Source: Thermodesulfobacteriota bacterium (GTDB lineage Bacteria > Desulfobacterota > WTBG01 > JAGOGO01). Taken from it: a stretch of 32,000 bases of DNA. Position 1 is the stretch's first letter, and every line of letters starts with the position of its first letter. The notes under the pieces are model-generated. The model ran no database searches and was not told where the DNA came from. It worked only from the letters and a program-made list of their open reading frames with translations. A program made the translations under genes and the position numbers. Location of the stretch: contig CP113000.1 in assembly GCA_026625185.1 (NCBI GenBank), positions 765,622-797,621 of the forward strand, given 5' to 3'. Positions 16,226-23,820 of the stretch are shown here, piece by piece.

Positions 16226-17794
16226 TTAAGGTTGATGCTCTTTGCGAAGCAGGTCAGTAATGGTTTTAACCGGATTAAAAGTAATCAGCGGAACTTCCAC
16301 AAAAAGACTAATCCAGTCAGCCATGCCCCCGTTCCAGAGGCCGGGAAGCTCCAGTGCTTTTAAGGCGCGGCCATCTTTTGACTTTTGGGAAATAAAAACT
16401 GCATCCTGATTAACGTAATGCTTAAGGTTAAAGGGATTTCCCTTATAATCACGGACCCCGCAGACAAAATCTACCGGGCTGAAATGCGTTGCCGTATTCC
16501 ATATTTTCTGCTGTTCGGCTGATTTTATATCAACTTGGGCGTGTTCCACCGTTTGGAGAGATAAAGATTCTTTTTTCCCTTGCACCCAGAACGGTCCCCC
16601 TCCTGGTTCACCCTGGTTTTTTACCATTCCTCCGATCCGGATAGGACGATTCAGTTTTTTTAAAAGAAACTCCCGTTTCTCGTCCAAGGACTTAAGTTGT
16701 TTCCCCTGGGGAGGAAGGATAAAAAGCTCTTTTTCGGCAAACTCCAGGGCTTCTTCAATTATCTTATTTTCTTTCTGACGTTCAACCTTTTCTAAATATG
16801 TAAAAATTTTTTCTTGAATTTGTATTAGAAGCCCCCCTAAAATCTTTTTCCAGAGAAATGTTTCTCCTTTAAGAGGATCGGGAAAAATGTTGTCGATATT
16901 TTTTATGTAAATTATATCTCCACGGATATCATTTAAATTTTCAATCAGCGCGCCATGTCCTCCGGGCCGAAAAACGAGTTTTCCATCTTTTTCCCGAAAT
17001 GGCTCATTGTTCATATCTACGGCGATCGTATTAGTGGAAGGTTTTTGGAATGAAAAATCTACGTGAAAACGGACACCGTAATTTGTCTCATAGTGCTCCC
17101 TCACTGCTTCGAAATGGTGCATGAATCGCTTGTAATGTTCCGGAGAAACCGTAAAATGGAGCCGGCAAATCCCTGCCTGGTCTTGCACATACGAGATTGC
17201 CTCTACCAGGTGTTCCTCTAAAGCCGTCCGGCAGCCCTCAGGATAAGCGTGAAACTTGAGCAACCCTTTCGGAAGGTTGGCATAGTTAAGACCGCGATCA
17301 GTCACCAGGGCCTCGATGAGGTAGGTGTACTCACCCCGGGCCAATACATCATCCATTGTTAATTCTGTTCGGGCCAGCACACTTTTCAGGTCATCATAAA
17401 AAGCAAACCGTGTGATGCCATTTACAAACGAAAGAACTTGCTTAGCTTCTTGATCGCCGGCTTCAGCCTTTCTGGCAATTTCCTCACGATGCAGGCGCGA
17501 ACCACTTTTTAAGGCCTTCATCAGCACGTCAAACATGCGGCTTGCGGCTCCGGAGGCAGGCACAAATTTAAGGAGTCTTCCTTGATAAGCACCTTCCTGG
17601 TGTTTACTGAGCAATTGCGGGATTTCTTTTTCCGAAATGCTGATTATACCGTCACCGAGACTACATGGACGAATGAGTTTTTGAAAAACAACCCCGTGTT
17701 TAAAAAAAGCGATTTGGGAGTGAACTTTTTTCTCCGTGATCCCCAGAGCTTTTATCTGCTGCAGATCTTTTTCATTCAAGATCAAATGTTCCAT
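16226..17794 (-). CDS. DUF4301-family protein (possible UTP-sugar-1-phosphate uridylyltransferase-like fold)
   Basis: 522-aa ORF. The N-terminus (LNEKDLQQIKALGITEKKVHSQIAFFKHG) and the length match my recollection of DUF4301 (about 500-530 aa). The motifs VPASGAASRMF and FRPGGHGAL resemble the pyrophosphorylase loops of UGPase/UAP-type enzymes (tentative). Confidence 0.6.
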   Translation of the reverse strand: MEHLILNEKDLQQIKALGITEKKVHSQIAFFKHGVVFQKLIRPCSLGDGIISISEKEIPQLLSKHQEGAYQGRLLKFVPASGAASRMFDVLMKALKSGSRLHREEIARKAEAGDQEAKQVLSFVNGITRFAFYDDLKSVLARTELTMDDVLARGEYTYLIEALVTDRGLNYANLPKGLLKFHAYPEGCRTALEEHLVEAISYVQDQAGICRLHFTVSPEHYKRFMHHFEAVREHYETNYGVRFHVDFSFQKPSTNTIAVDMNNEPFREKDGKLVFRPGGHGALIENLNDIRGDIIYIKNIDNIFPDPLKGETFLWKKILGGLLIQIQEKIFTYLEKVERQKENKIIEEALEFAEKELFILPPQGKQLKSLDEKREFLLKKLNRPIRIGGMVKNQGEPGGGPFWVQGKKESLSLQTVEHAQVDIKSAEQQKIWNTATHFSPVDFVCGVRDYKGNPFNLKHYVNQDAVFISQKSKDGRALKALELPGLWNGGMADWISLFVEVPLITFNPVKTITDLLRKEHQP

Positions 17795-17948
17795 TTTTTT
17801 AGGTAGAAAGAAAATAAGAAAAGTAATATAATAATAAAAGGTATTGCTTATTTACCAATTTATTTATTAACTTTAGCAAAACGGCAAAATTTGGCAAGGG
17901 AAAGTTATTGGCGGAATCAGAAGCCTTTAGCTGCTCACTGAGGGTGCT

Positions 17949-18308
17949 ATGGATATTACTAAAGTCATTGCGGAGATGAAAAAGGAACCGGGATTTTCAG
18001 AAAACGTAGGTATGGTTTTGGTTCACAATGGTGTGGTAAGGGGTTGGGCACGCAAGGATCATAAGCCGGTTAAACATATTGATGTGGCAGCGGATGAGCA
18101 AAAAATTGAAATGTTACGTAAGGAGTATTCCCGGAAGGCCGGCATTTACAAAGTCCTTATCGAGTGTCGTTCAGGAAGGCTGAACCCCGGAGATGACCTA
18201 CTTTTTATTGTGGTGGCTGGAGATATTCGGGAAAACGTCAAACCCGTGCTTTCCCAACTCCTTGATCGCATTAAGGCTGAAGCAGTGACCAAGACTGAAC
18301 TGACTTAA
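17949..18308 (+). CDS. MoaE-like protein (molybdopterin synthase catalytic subunit family, short form)
   Basis: 119-aa ORF. GMVLVHNGVVR and LLFIVVAGDIRENVKPVLSQLLDRIKAEAVTKTE parallel E. coli MoaE GAVVTFTGKVR and IVFVGVTSAHRSSAFEAGQFIMDYLKTRAPFWKRE. This is a comparison from memory. Confidence 0.5.
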   Translation: MDITKVIAEMKKEPGFSENVGMVLVHNGVVRGWARKDHKPVKHIDVAADEQKIEMLRKEYSRKAGIYKVLIECRSGRLNPGDDLLFIVVAGDIRENVKPVLSQLLDRIKAEAVTKTELT

Positions 18309-18379
18309 ACTCACTTAGGTTGATGAACAACCGGGAAAATTTTAGCGTCAAAGGGAAATTGAGTTGTCTTACAAGGGTC

Positions 18380-19738
18380 TTAGTCTTTAATGCCCAGTTT
18401 TTTCATCTTGCGCCACAAGGTGACAACATGCATTCCCAGCTCCTTAGCCGCTTTGTTGCGATGGCCTTTATGCTTGGTAAGGACATTGCGAATGACCTGA
18501 GCCTCAGCATGGTCCAACCTCCTCATCCCCAGTGATTCTTTTTCATGGGTCGGAGAAACTCGGCGCAATAAATCCCGCGGCAGATGCGCAGCAGCAATCT
18601 CGGTTCCACGAGAGAGAACAAAAGCATGTTCAATAATATTTTCTAACTCCCTGATATTCCCCGGAAAATCATAGTCCATCAAGAGGTCAAGAACGTTACC
18701 CGAAACCTTGGTAATCCCTTTCCCCATTTTGATATTAAACTGACGAATAAAGTATTCAATAAGGTACGGGATATCCTCCCGCCGGGCGGAAAGAGGGGGA
18801 AGCTCGATTTTAATTACATTGATTCGATAATAGAGATCTTCTCGAAAACTACCTCGCGCCAGAAGCTCAGTCAGGTTTTTATTGGTTGCCGCAATAATAC
18901 GGACATTGGCTTTAAGCGGACAGGTTCCCCCCAGGGGTTCATACTCCTTGTTCTGAAGAAACCTTAAAAGTTTGACCTGGAGACTTATAGAGAGATCTCC
19001 AATCTCATCAAGAAAAAGGGTTCCTCCCTCGGCGAGGGCAAACCGCCCTGGTTTATTCTTATTTGCACCAGTAAATGCACCCTTAACATAACCAAAAAGC
19101 TCTGATTCCAGAAGGGTATCCGGCAGTGCTCCACAGTTTACCACCACATAAGGTCCCTTCTTGCGAGGGCTTAAATTGTGAACCGCCCGGGCAAAAAGCT
19201 CCTTTCCTGATCCACTGGGACCCTGAATTAAGACAGTGCTTTCGCTTTCCGCAATATCCGGCAGTACATCGAAAAGCTCTTGCATTTTATGGTGTTTGCT
19301 GACGATGTCTTCAAAAGAATACTTTTTGGTGATTTCCTTTTTTAGTTTTTCAATCGCCGAAAGGTCACGAAAGGTTTCAACTCCTCCGATTACCTTACCG
19401 TTACTATCCCGCAAGACCGCGGTGCTGATACTCACCGGAACCTCTTTTCCTTCAATGTTAAGGATGTTGACTTTGAGGTCCACAACCTCTTTTCCGGTGC
19501 GCATGGTTTTTGCCAAAGCGCAAGAGCTCTGACAGATGTTGGAGTAAAAAACATCAAAGCATTTTTGTCCAATTGCCTGTTCTTGTCCGATACCCGTGAT
19601 TTTTTCGGCAGCGCGATTAAAGCTGGTGATATTTTTTTCCTGATCAATGGTAAAAACCCCCTCAGCAATGCTGTCGAGGATAACCTCCATTTGGATATGA
19701 GGGCTATTTTTTTTCACCGGATTCTCCTTGTTTTCCAT
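18380..19738 (-). CDS. Sigma-54-dependent transcriptional activator (PAS sensor, AAA+ domain, Fis-type HTH)
   Basis: 452-aa ORF. It has an N-terminal PAS-like domain with a CQSSC cysteine pair, a Walker A motif (GPSGSGKE), the GAFTGA sigma-54 contact loop, and a C-terminal HTH ([22 protein letters not shown]). Confidence 0.9.
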   Translation of the reverse strand: MENKENPVKKNSPHIQMEVILDSIAEGVFTIDQEKNITSFNRAAEKITGIGQEQAIGQKCFDVFYSNICQSSCALAKTMRTGKEVVDLKVNILNIEGKEVPVSISTAVLRDSNGKVIGGVETFRDLSAIEKLKKEITKKYSFEDIVSKHHKMQELFDVLPDIAESESTVLIQGPSGSGKELFARAVHNLSPRKKGPYVVVNCGALPDTLLESELFGYVKGAFTGANKNKPGRFALAEGGTLFLDEIGDLSISLQVKLLRFLQNKEYEPLGGTCPLKANVRIIAATNKNLTELLARGSFREDLYYRINVIKIELPPLSARREDIPYLIEYFIRQFNIKMGKGITKVSGNVLDLLMDYDFPGNIRELENIIEHAFVLSRGTEIAAAHLPRDLLRRVSPTHEKESLGMRRLDHAEAQVIRNVLTKHKGHRNKAAKELGMHVVTLWRKMKKLGIKD

Positions 19739-19781
19739 CCCCTGTAACCGTAACTCATATAATTAGCATAAGCATAGCAAA

Positions 19782-19815
19782 TTTGCAATGATATCTTTGC
19801 AAGATATTGCAAAAA
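19782..19815. promoter_or_regulatory. Candidate enhancer (UAS) for the sigma-54 activator: TTGCAA repeats, including a near-perfect 20-bp palindrome
   Basis: TTGCAATGATATCTTTGCAA (19783-19802) is palindromic at 18 of 20 positions. A third TGCAA is at 19808-19812. The centre lies about 80-90 nt upstream of the -24 element. Confidence 0.45.
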
Positions 19816-19874
19816 TACAATGCCGCATAAACTTTTAATTTTATAACCCACTTAATATCAATAGCTTTTTAAGT

Positions 19875-19890
19875 TGGCATCCAATATGCA
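19875..19890 (+). promoter_or_regulatory. Sigma-54 (-24/-12) promoter
   Basis: TGGCAT-CCAAT-ATGCA fits the consensus TGGCAC-N5-TTGCA with the correct GG-N10-GC spacing. It lies 27 nt upstream of the ATG at 19917 (SD AGGGAG) and is divergent from a sigma-54 activator gene. Confidence 0.7.
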
Positions 19891-19916
19891 GCACGTTAAC
19901 AACAAGGGAGACAACT

Positions 19917-20324
19917 ATGAAAATCGCTATTCCTTTATTCCATACCCGGGTATCGCCCCGTTTTGATTTTGCACCAACCTTGATGGTGGCAACGGTGGAA
20001 AAGAACCAGGTAGTAGAAAAAAAAGAAATCGACCTTAAAAAATATACTCTCTCCCAGCGGAGTAACTTGCTTCAAGAGTTGGGGGTTAATACTTTAATTT
20101 GCGGAGGGGTTCAAGAGTTCCTCACCCGCTCCTTAGGGAATAAAAACGTCCAGGTGATTGCGCCGGTTGCGGGAGAGGCCATCGAGGTTCTTCAACGTTT
20201 TTTGCATGGAACAATTTGTTCTTCTTTTAAACCCTTTTGTTCCCGTCCTGGGTTCCAGCGTTGTCAGAGAAAACACCAGGGAGTTGGTAATGGAAGGAAA
20301 GGAAAATTATTAAAAAACTTTTGA
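19917..20324 (+). CDS. NifB/NifX-family (dinitrogenase iron-molybdenum cofactor biosynthesis domain) protein with a basic C-terminal tail
   Basis: 135-aa ORF. MKIAIPLFHTRVSPRFDFAP...LICGGV...L...GI.V matches the small NifX/NifB-C-terminal-like domain pattern common in anaerobes (recalled). Confidence 0.65.
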   Translation: MKIAIPLFHTRVSPRFDFAPTLMVATVEKNQVVEKKEIDLKKYTLSQRSNLLQELGVNTLICGGVQEFLTRSLGNKNVQVIAPVAGEAIEVLQRFLHGTICSSFKPFCSRPGFQRCQRKHQGVGNGRKGKLLKNF

Positions 20325-20338
20325 AAGGAGAAAAAAGC

Positions 20339-22042
20339 ATGACCCAAAAGGTGTTGATCATTGGTGGGGTAGCAACCGGAACCAAAGCCGCCGCGAGGAT
20401 TAAGCGACGAAATCCGGATGCCGAAGTTACTATCATTGAACAGGGAGCGATAGCTTCTTATGGAGCCTGTGGCTTGCCGTATTTTATCTCGGATGTGGTG
20501 CATGACCAGAAGGAGTTGTTCAGCACTCCGATCGGGATTCCGCGCGACGAAAACTTTTTTAAAAACGTGAAACGCGTGGCAGTTTATACAAAAACCAGGG
20601 CCGAAAAAATTGACCGGAACAACAAAGTGGTAAAAACAGTTCATATCGAAACCGGAGAGAAAAAAGATTTTTCTTACGATAAACTCATTCTTGCCCTGGG
20701 TGGAATTCCGGTTGCCCCTCCTCTGAAAGGAGTTAATCTTCGGAATATTTTTCAACTCCGAACCATTGAAGATGGTTTGGCCATCAAGCAATACCTTGCG
20801 AAGGGGAAAGCTAACCAAACAGTAATTGTTGGCTCCGGACTTATCGGTATGGAGATGGCCGAGGCGCTGTATGATTGGGGAATTGAGACCTCACTTATAG
20901 AGATGCTGGACTGGATTTTGCCCACTGTTTTCGATAGGGATATGGGACTCATTCTAAGCCGGTACTTAGAAGGTAAAGGTGTTCACATTTTTACCTCGGA
21001 GAAAGTTATTCGGTTTGAAGGGGATGAAAACGGAGCAGTAACAAGGGTTATTACTGATAAGCGGGAATTAGCAGCGGATATGGTTTTTTTAGCTGTCGGG
21101 GTAAAGCCTAACGTAGATTTAGCCAAAAAAGCCGGTCTTGCCCTGGGTGAAACCGGCGCTCTTCAGGTCAACGACTACCTGCAAACCAACGATCCCGATA
21201 TTTACGCTGGCGGTGACTGTGTTGAAAACACCCACCGCTTGAGTGGAAAAAAAATTTACGCGCCCTTAGGCTCTACTGCCAATAAACATGGTCGGATCAT
21301 TGCTGACCATATAACCGGCGGGACATCCTTCTTTCCGGGGGTCTTGGGGACTGCGATTTGCAAAGTAATTGATTTTAATGCGGCCAAAACCGGACTTACG
21401 GAGCGCGAGGCCAGGGCACAAGGGTTTGAGGTGGAAACCGTGATCTGTCCGGGTCCGGACCGGCCCCATTATTTTCCCGGATGGGGCAACATCATTATTA
21501 AGCTCATTGCCGACCGAAAGAAGGGCAAGCTTTTGGGAGCGCAAATAATGGGTCAAGGAGATGTGGCAAAAAGAATAGAAATCGTTGTTTCCGCGCTTAG
21601 TTTAAAGGCTCCGGTTAAAGAAATAGCTACCTTTGATTTAGCCTATGCACCGCCTTTTTCTCCGGCTATGGATAATATCATCACTGCGGCTAATGTTTTG
21701 GAAAATAAACTGAATGGGATTGCAAGAAGCTTATCACCTCTGGAAGTAAGAGAAAAACTTGAGCAAGGAGGTGATTTTATTTTTCTGGATGTCCGTAGTC
21801 CCAAGGAATACGAAGAACTTCGCATTGACCATCCGAAGGTTAAGCTTATTCCTCTTGGAAAGCTTCAGGAGGAATTGAAAAATCTCCCGAAGGATAAGGA
21901 GGTGATAACGTTTTGTCAGATTAGTCTTCGGGGTTATGAGGCGCAGCGAATGTTAGAAGCGCATGGGTTTAAAAAGGTAAAATTTATGGAAGGAGGAGTA
22001 TTAGCCTGGCCCTTTGAAATGGTAGGCAAAATTTGGCAATGA
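20339..22042 (+). CDS. FAD-dependent pyridine nucleotide-disulfide oxidoreductase fused to a C-terminal rhodanese domain (CoA-disulfide/persulfide reductase type)
   Basis: I place the start at ATG 20339 (SD AAGGAG at 20325-20330) rather than the track's TTG at 20321. It has the FAD GxGxxG motif (VLIIGGVATG), the single redox Cys motif SYGACGLPYF, a second dinucleotide fold (VIVGSGLIGMEMAE), and a C-terminal rhodanese with the active-site loop FCQISLRG. Confidence 0.85.
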   Translation: MTQKVLIIGGVATGTKAAARIKRRNPDAEVTIIEQGAIASYGACGLPYFISDVVHDQKELFSTPIGIPRDENFFKNVKRVAVYTKTRAEKIDRNNKVVKTVHIETGEKKDFSYDKLILALGGIPVAPPLKGVNLRNIFQLRTIEDGLAIKQYLAKGKANQTVIVGSGLIGMEMAEALYDWGIETSLIEMLDWILPTVFDRDMGLILSRYLEGKGVHIFTSEKVIRFEGDENGAVTRVITDKRELAADMVFLAVGVKPNVDLAKKAGLALGETGALQVNDYLQTNDPDIYAGGDCVENTHRLSGKKIYAPLGSTANKHGRIIADHITGGTSFFPGVLGTAICKVIDFNAAKTGLTEREARAQGFEVETVICPGPDRPHYFPGWGNIIIKLIADRKKGKLLGAQIMGQGDVAKRIEIVVSALSLKAPVKEIATFDLAYAPPFSPAMDNIITAANVLENKLNGIARSLSPLEVREKLEQGGDFIFLDVRSPKEYEELRIDHPKVKLIPLGKLQEELKNLPKDKEVITFCQISLRGYEAQRMLEAHGFKKVKFMEGGVLAWPFEMVGKIWQ

Positions 22043-22044
22043 GC

Positions 22045-22100
22045 AAATCCCGTTAGCTACTTGAGATCTAACAGAGTTTCTAACGGGGTAAGGACTGCTT
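22045..22100. repeat. Dispersed repeat family 1, short copy C with a right-end extension (..TTTCTAACGGGGTAAGGACTGCTT)
   Basis: AAATCCCGTTAG...GAGATCTAACAG...TTTCTAACGGGG retains both terminal motifs and the internal ATCTAA block of copies A and B, with the middle deleted. It starts 3 nt after the oxidoreductase stop. Confidence 0.65.
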
Positions 22101-22218
22101 TTTGTTAGATATTAAGCCTTACATCCCTGAGTTTGATGTGCATCCGGTGGAGCGGATCGGCTGGGTAGAAAAAGCAAAAGGGAAAGTACAAAATAAACGT
22201 TCTGACGATCGTTTTTGA
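22084..22218 (+). pseudogene. 3' remnant of a TsaA/YaeB-like (UPF0066) methyltransferase gene
   Basis: I translated RGKDCFLLDIKPYIPEFDVHPVERIGWVEKAKGKVQNKRSDDRF*. The LDIKPYIPxFD motif is the signature C-terminal strand of TsaA/YaeB proteins. There is no start codon or N-terminal domain, and the frame is closed by TAA at 22081-22083 inside the repeat. Confidence 0.6.
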
Positions 22219-22258
22219 AAAAGCCCTGAATGAGGTCTTTAAAAAAAAGGGGGTCATA

Positions 22259-22462
22259 ATGTTTGCAAAAAACGTAGACAAAAAAGAAGGAGTAGCGAGG
22301 GTGGTATTAGGTATTATCTTGTTAGCGCTTATGTTCTGGATTGAGGGATGGAAACGGTTGATTTTTGGTATAATCGGTCTATCCCTTATTGGAACTGCTT
22401 TTGTTGGAACTTGACTTTGGAAAGCTTTTTTGCTGAAGGTCTTCAGCAAAAAAATCATGTAA
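22259..22462 (+). CDS. DUF2892/YgaP-like small membrane protein. It is 51 aa if TGA 22412-22414 is a stop, and 67 aa if that TGA is read as selenocysteine.
   Basis: Not in the ORF track. ATG is at 22259 with SD AAGGGGG at 22247-22253. Translation: MFAKNVDKKEGVARVVLGIILLALMFWIEGWKRLIFGIIGLSLIGTAFVGT-TGA-LWKAFLLKVFSKKIM-TAA. The N-terminal NV..E..AR...G pattern and two TM helices fit DUF2892 (recalled consensus NVg..DR..R...G ... G.CPlY.llG). Confidence 0.6.
22426..22453 (+). other. SECIS-like hairpin: 12-bp perfect stem (TTTTTTGCTGAA / TTCAGCAAAAAA) with a GGTC apical loop, starting 11 nt after the in-frame TGA
   Basis: Seen directly. There is no 3' U-tract on either strand, so it is not an intrinsic terminator. 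The loop sequence and the distance from the UGA to the loop (23 nt) fall within what I recall for bacterial SECIS elements. Confidence 0.45.
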
Positions 22463-22518
22463 GTGGAAATTGGATAAATCTTCTCGCTGAAAGTTTTCAG
22501 GAACTATTCCTGGGGAAT

Positions 22519-22627
22519 GTTTACCCCGTTAGAAATCTCCTGTTTGCCCTGTTGGATATCAAGTATCTAAGGGGGTGAAGAGGCACCGGGTAAATGCCCC
22601 GCATGAAATCTTTCTAACGGGGTTTAC
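22519..22627. repeat. Dispersed repeat family 1, copy B (109 nt). Terminal inverted repeats are GTTTACCCCGTTAGAAA and TTTCTAACGGGGTTTAC.
   Basis: Seen directly. There are 13 consecutive complementary terminal bases, and the interior is homologous to copy A. It explains the spurious ORF at 22348-22578. Confidence 0.75.
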
Positions 22628-22644
22628 TCGAAAGAGTTAAGACA

Positions 22645-23583
22645 ATGGTTACTCTGAGAGAGAGTGAGAAAATAGAAGTTGTTACGGTGATAGACAATTA
22701 TACTGATTGCCTCATCCCCTCAAGCCAAAAAGTAAGGAGATGTCCCCATTACAAAAATGGAAAGGTAGCTCCTCCCCTTTTAGCAGAACACGGCTTATCC
22801 TTATTAGTCAGGGTATTCAAAAATGGAAACACCCATACTCTTCTTTTAGATGCCGGTTGGTCAGCGACTGGCGTTTTCCATAACCTGAAAGAACTTGGGA
22901 TAAACATTGACGAGATTGAAGCAGTTGTATTAAGCCACGGCCACATGGACCACTATGGTTCGTTGAGAGGCATTTTAAAACTGATATCCGAGCCTATCCC
23001 GGTAATCGTACATCCTGATGTTTTTTTACAAAATCGCTTCCTTATTTTACCTGATGGAGAAAAGATAACATTTCCCACGCTCAATGAATCTACTTTTCAA
23101 AAGAATGTAGTTAAAATCATAAAAAACACTGAGCCGTATCTTTTGGCGGAAGAATTGGTGCTAGTAACCGGAGAGATTGAAAGAACCACCAATTTTGAAA
23201 AAGGAATTCTCAATGCTTATGTTGACAGGAGAGGGAAAATTGAACGGGATCTCATAATGGATGATCAGGGACTTATCGTTCACCTCAAAGATAAAGGCCT
23301 GGTTATTATTACCGGGTGTGCCCATTCTGGTATTATAAATACTGTTCGCTATGCTCAAAAAGTCACCGGTATTGATCCGGTATACGCAGTGATCGGTGGC
23401 TTTCACTTGAGCGGAACGAAATTTGAAGCAGTTATCCATCCCACCTTAGAAGAAATAAAAAGAGTCAATCCTTTTGTCATTTCGCCCATGCATTGCACTG
23501 GTTTTAAGGCAACGATGGAAATAGCAAAAAATATGCCTCGCCAATTTGTGCTTAGCAGTGTTGGGTCAACCTTATTGCTTTGA
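22645..23583 (+). CDS. Metallo-beta-lactamase-fold hydrolase (COG1237-like family)
   Basis: 312-aa ORF. The N-terminus (IEVVTVIDNYTD...LLAEHGLSLLV...LLLDAG) and the HxHxDH motif (LSHGHMDHYG) are typical of the COG1237 MBL family (recalled). Confidence 0.75.
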   Translation: MVTLRESEKIEVVTVIDNYTDCLIPSSQKVRRCPHYKNGKVAPPLLAEHGLSLLVRVFKNGNTHTLLLDAGWSATGVFHNLKELGINIDEIEAVVLSHGHMDHYGSLRGILKLISEPIPVIVHPDVFLQNRFLILPDGEKITFPTLNESTFQKNVVKIIKNTEPYLLAEELVLVTGEIERTTNFEKGILNAYVDRRGKIERDLIMDDQGLIVHLKDKGLVIITGCAHSGIINTVRYAQKVTGIDPVYAVIGGFHLSGTKFEAVIHPTLEEIKRVNPFVISPMHCTGFKATMEIAKNMPRQFVLSSVGSTLLL

Positions 23584-23780
23584 CAGCGAGGAATATTTTA
23601 CCAGAGGAAATATTCCATATTATGGCGTTTACGGAAATGGTTTCTATGGATGATGATCTGTTCGACCAAGAGTCGTTGGTGCTTTTAAAAAATGAAGAAA
23701 AAATCCATCACCGAATCTATAATAATCAATATTATTACGGGCCGGTTGAAAAGCGTGAAAATTTGCATTTCACTGCCTGA
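23580..23780 (+). CDS. Hypothetical small protein (weak call)
   Basis: 66-aa ORF from the track with a TTG start overlapping the MBL stop by 4 nt. I recognise no motif and see no clear SD. Confidence 0.2.
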   Translation: MTARNILPEEIFHIMAFTEMVSMDDDLFDQESLVLLKNEEKIHHRIYNNQYYYGPVEKRENLHFTA

Positions 23781-23820
23781 TTAAGTTCTTCTGATTAGTA
23801 ACTTATCGCAACACCAATGG

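Noticed and set aside
20264-20818. A 184-aa minus-strand ORF antisense to the NifX-like and oxidoreductase genes
   Set aside because: It lies entirely within well-supported plus-strand genes. It has low-complexity content, no motif and no SD. It is an antisense shadow ORF.
22426-22453. The strong hairpin after the DUF2892 ORF, read as a Rho-independent terminator
   Set aside because: The T-run lies 5' and the A-run 3' of the stem on both strands. No U-tract follows the hairpin in either transcript. A terminator reading does not fit, so I kept it as a SECIS-like candidate instead.
22105-22458. A 117-aa minus-strand ORF from the track
   Set aside because: It overlaps the TsaA remnant, the DUF2892 ORF and the hairpin on the other strand. 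Its sequence is low-complexity, and the plus-strand readings have recognisable family signatures.
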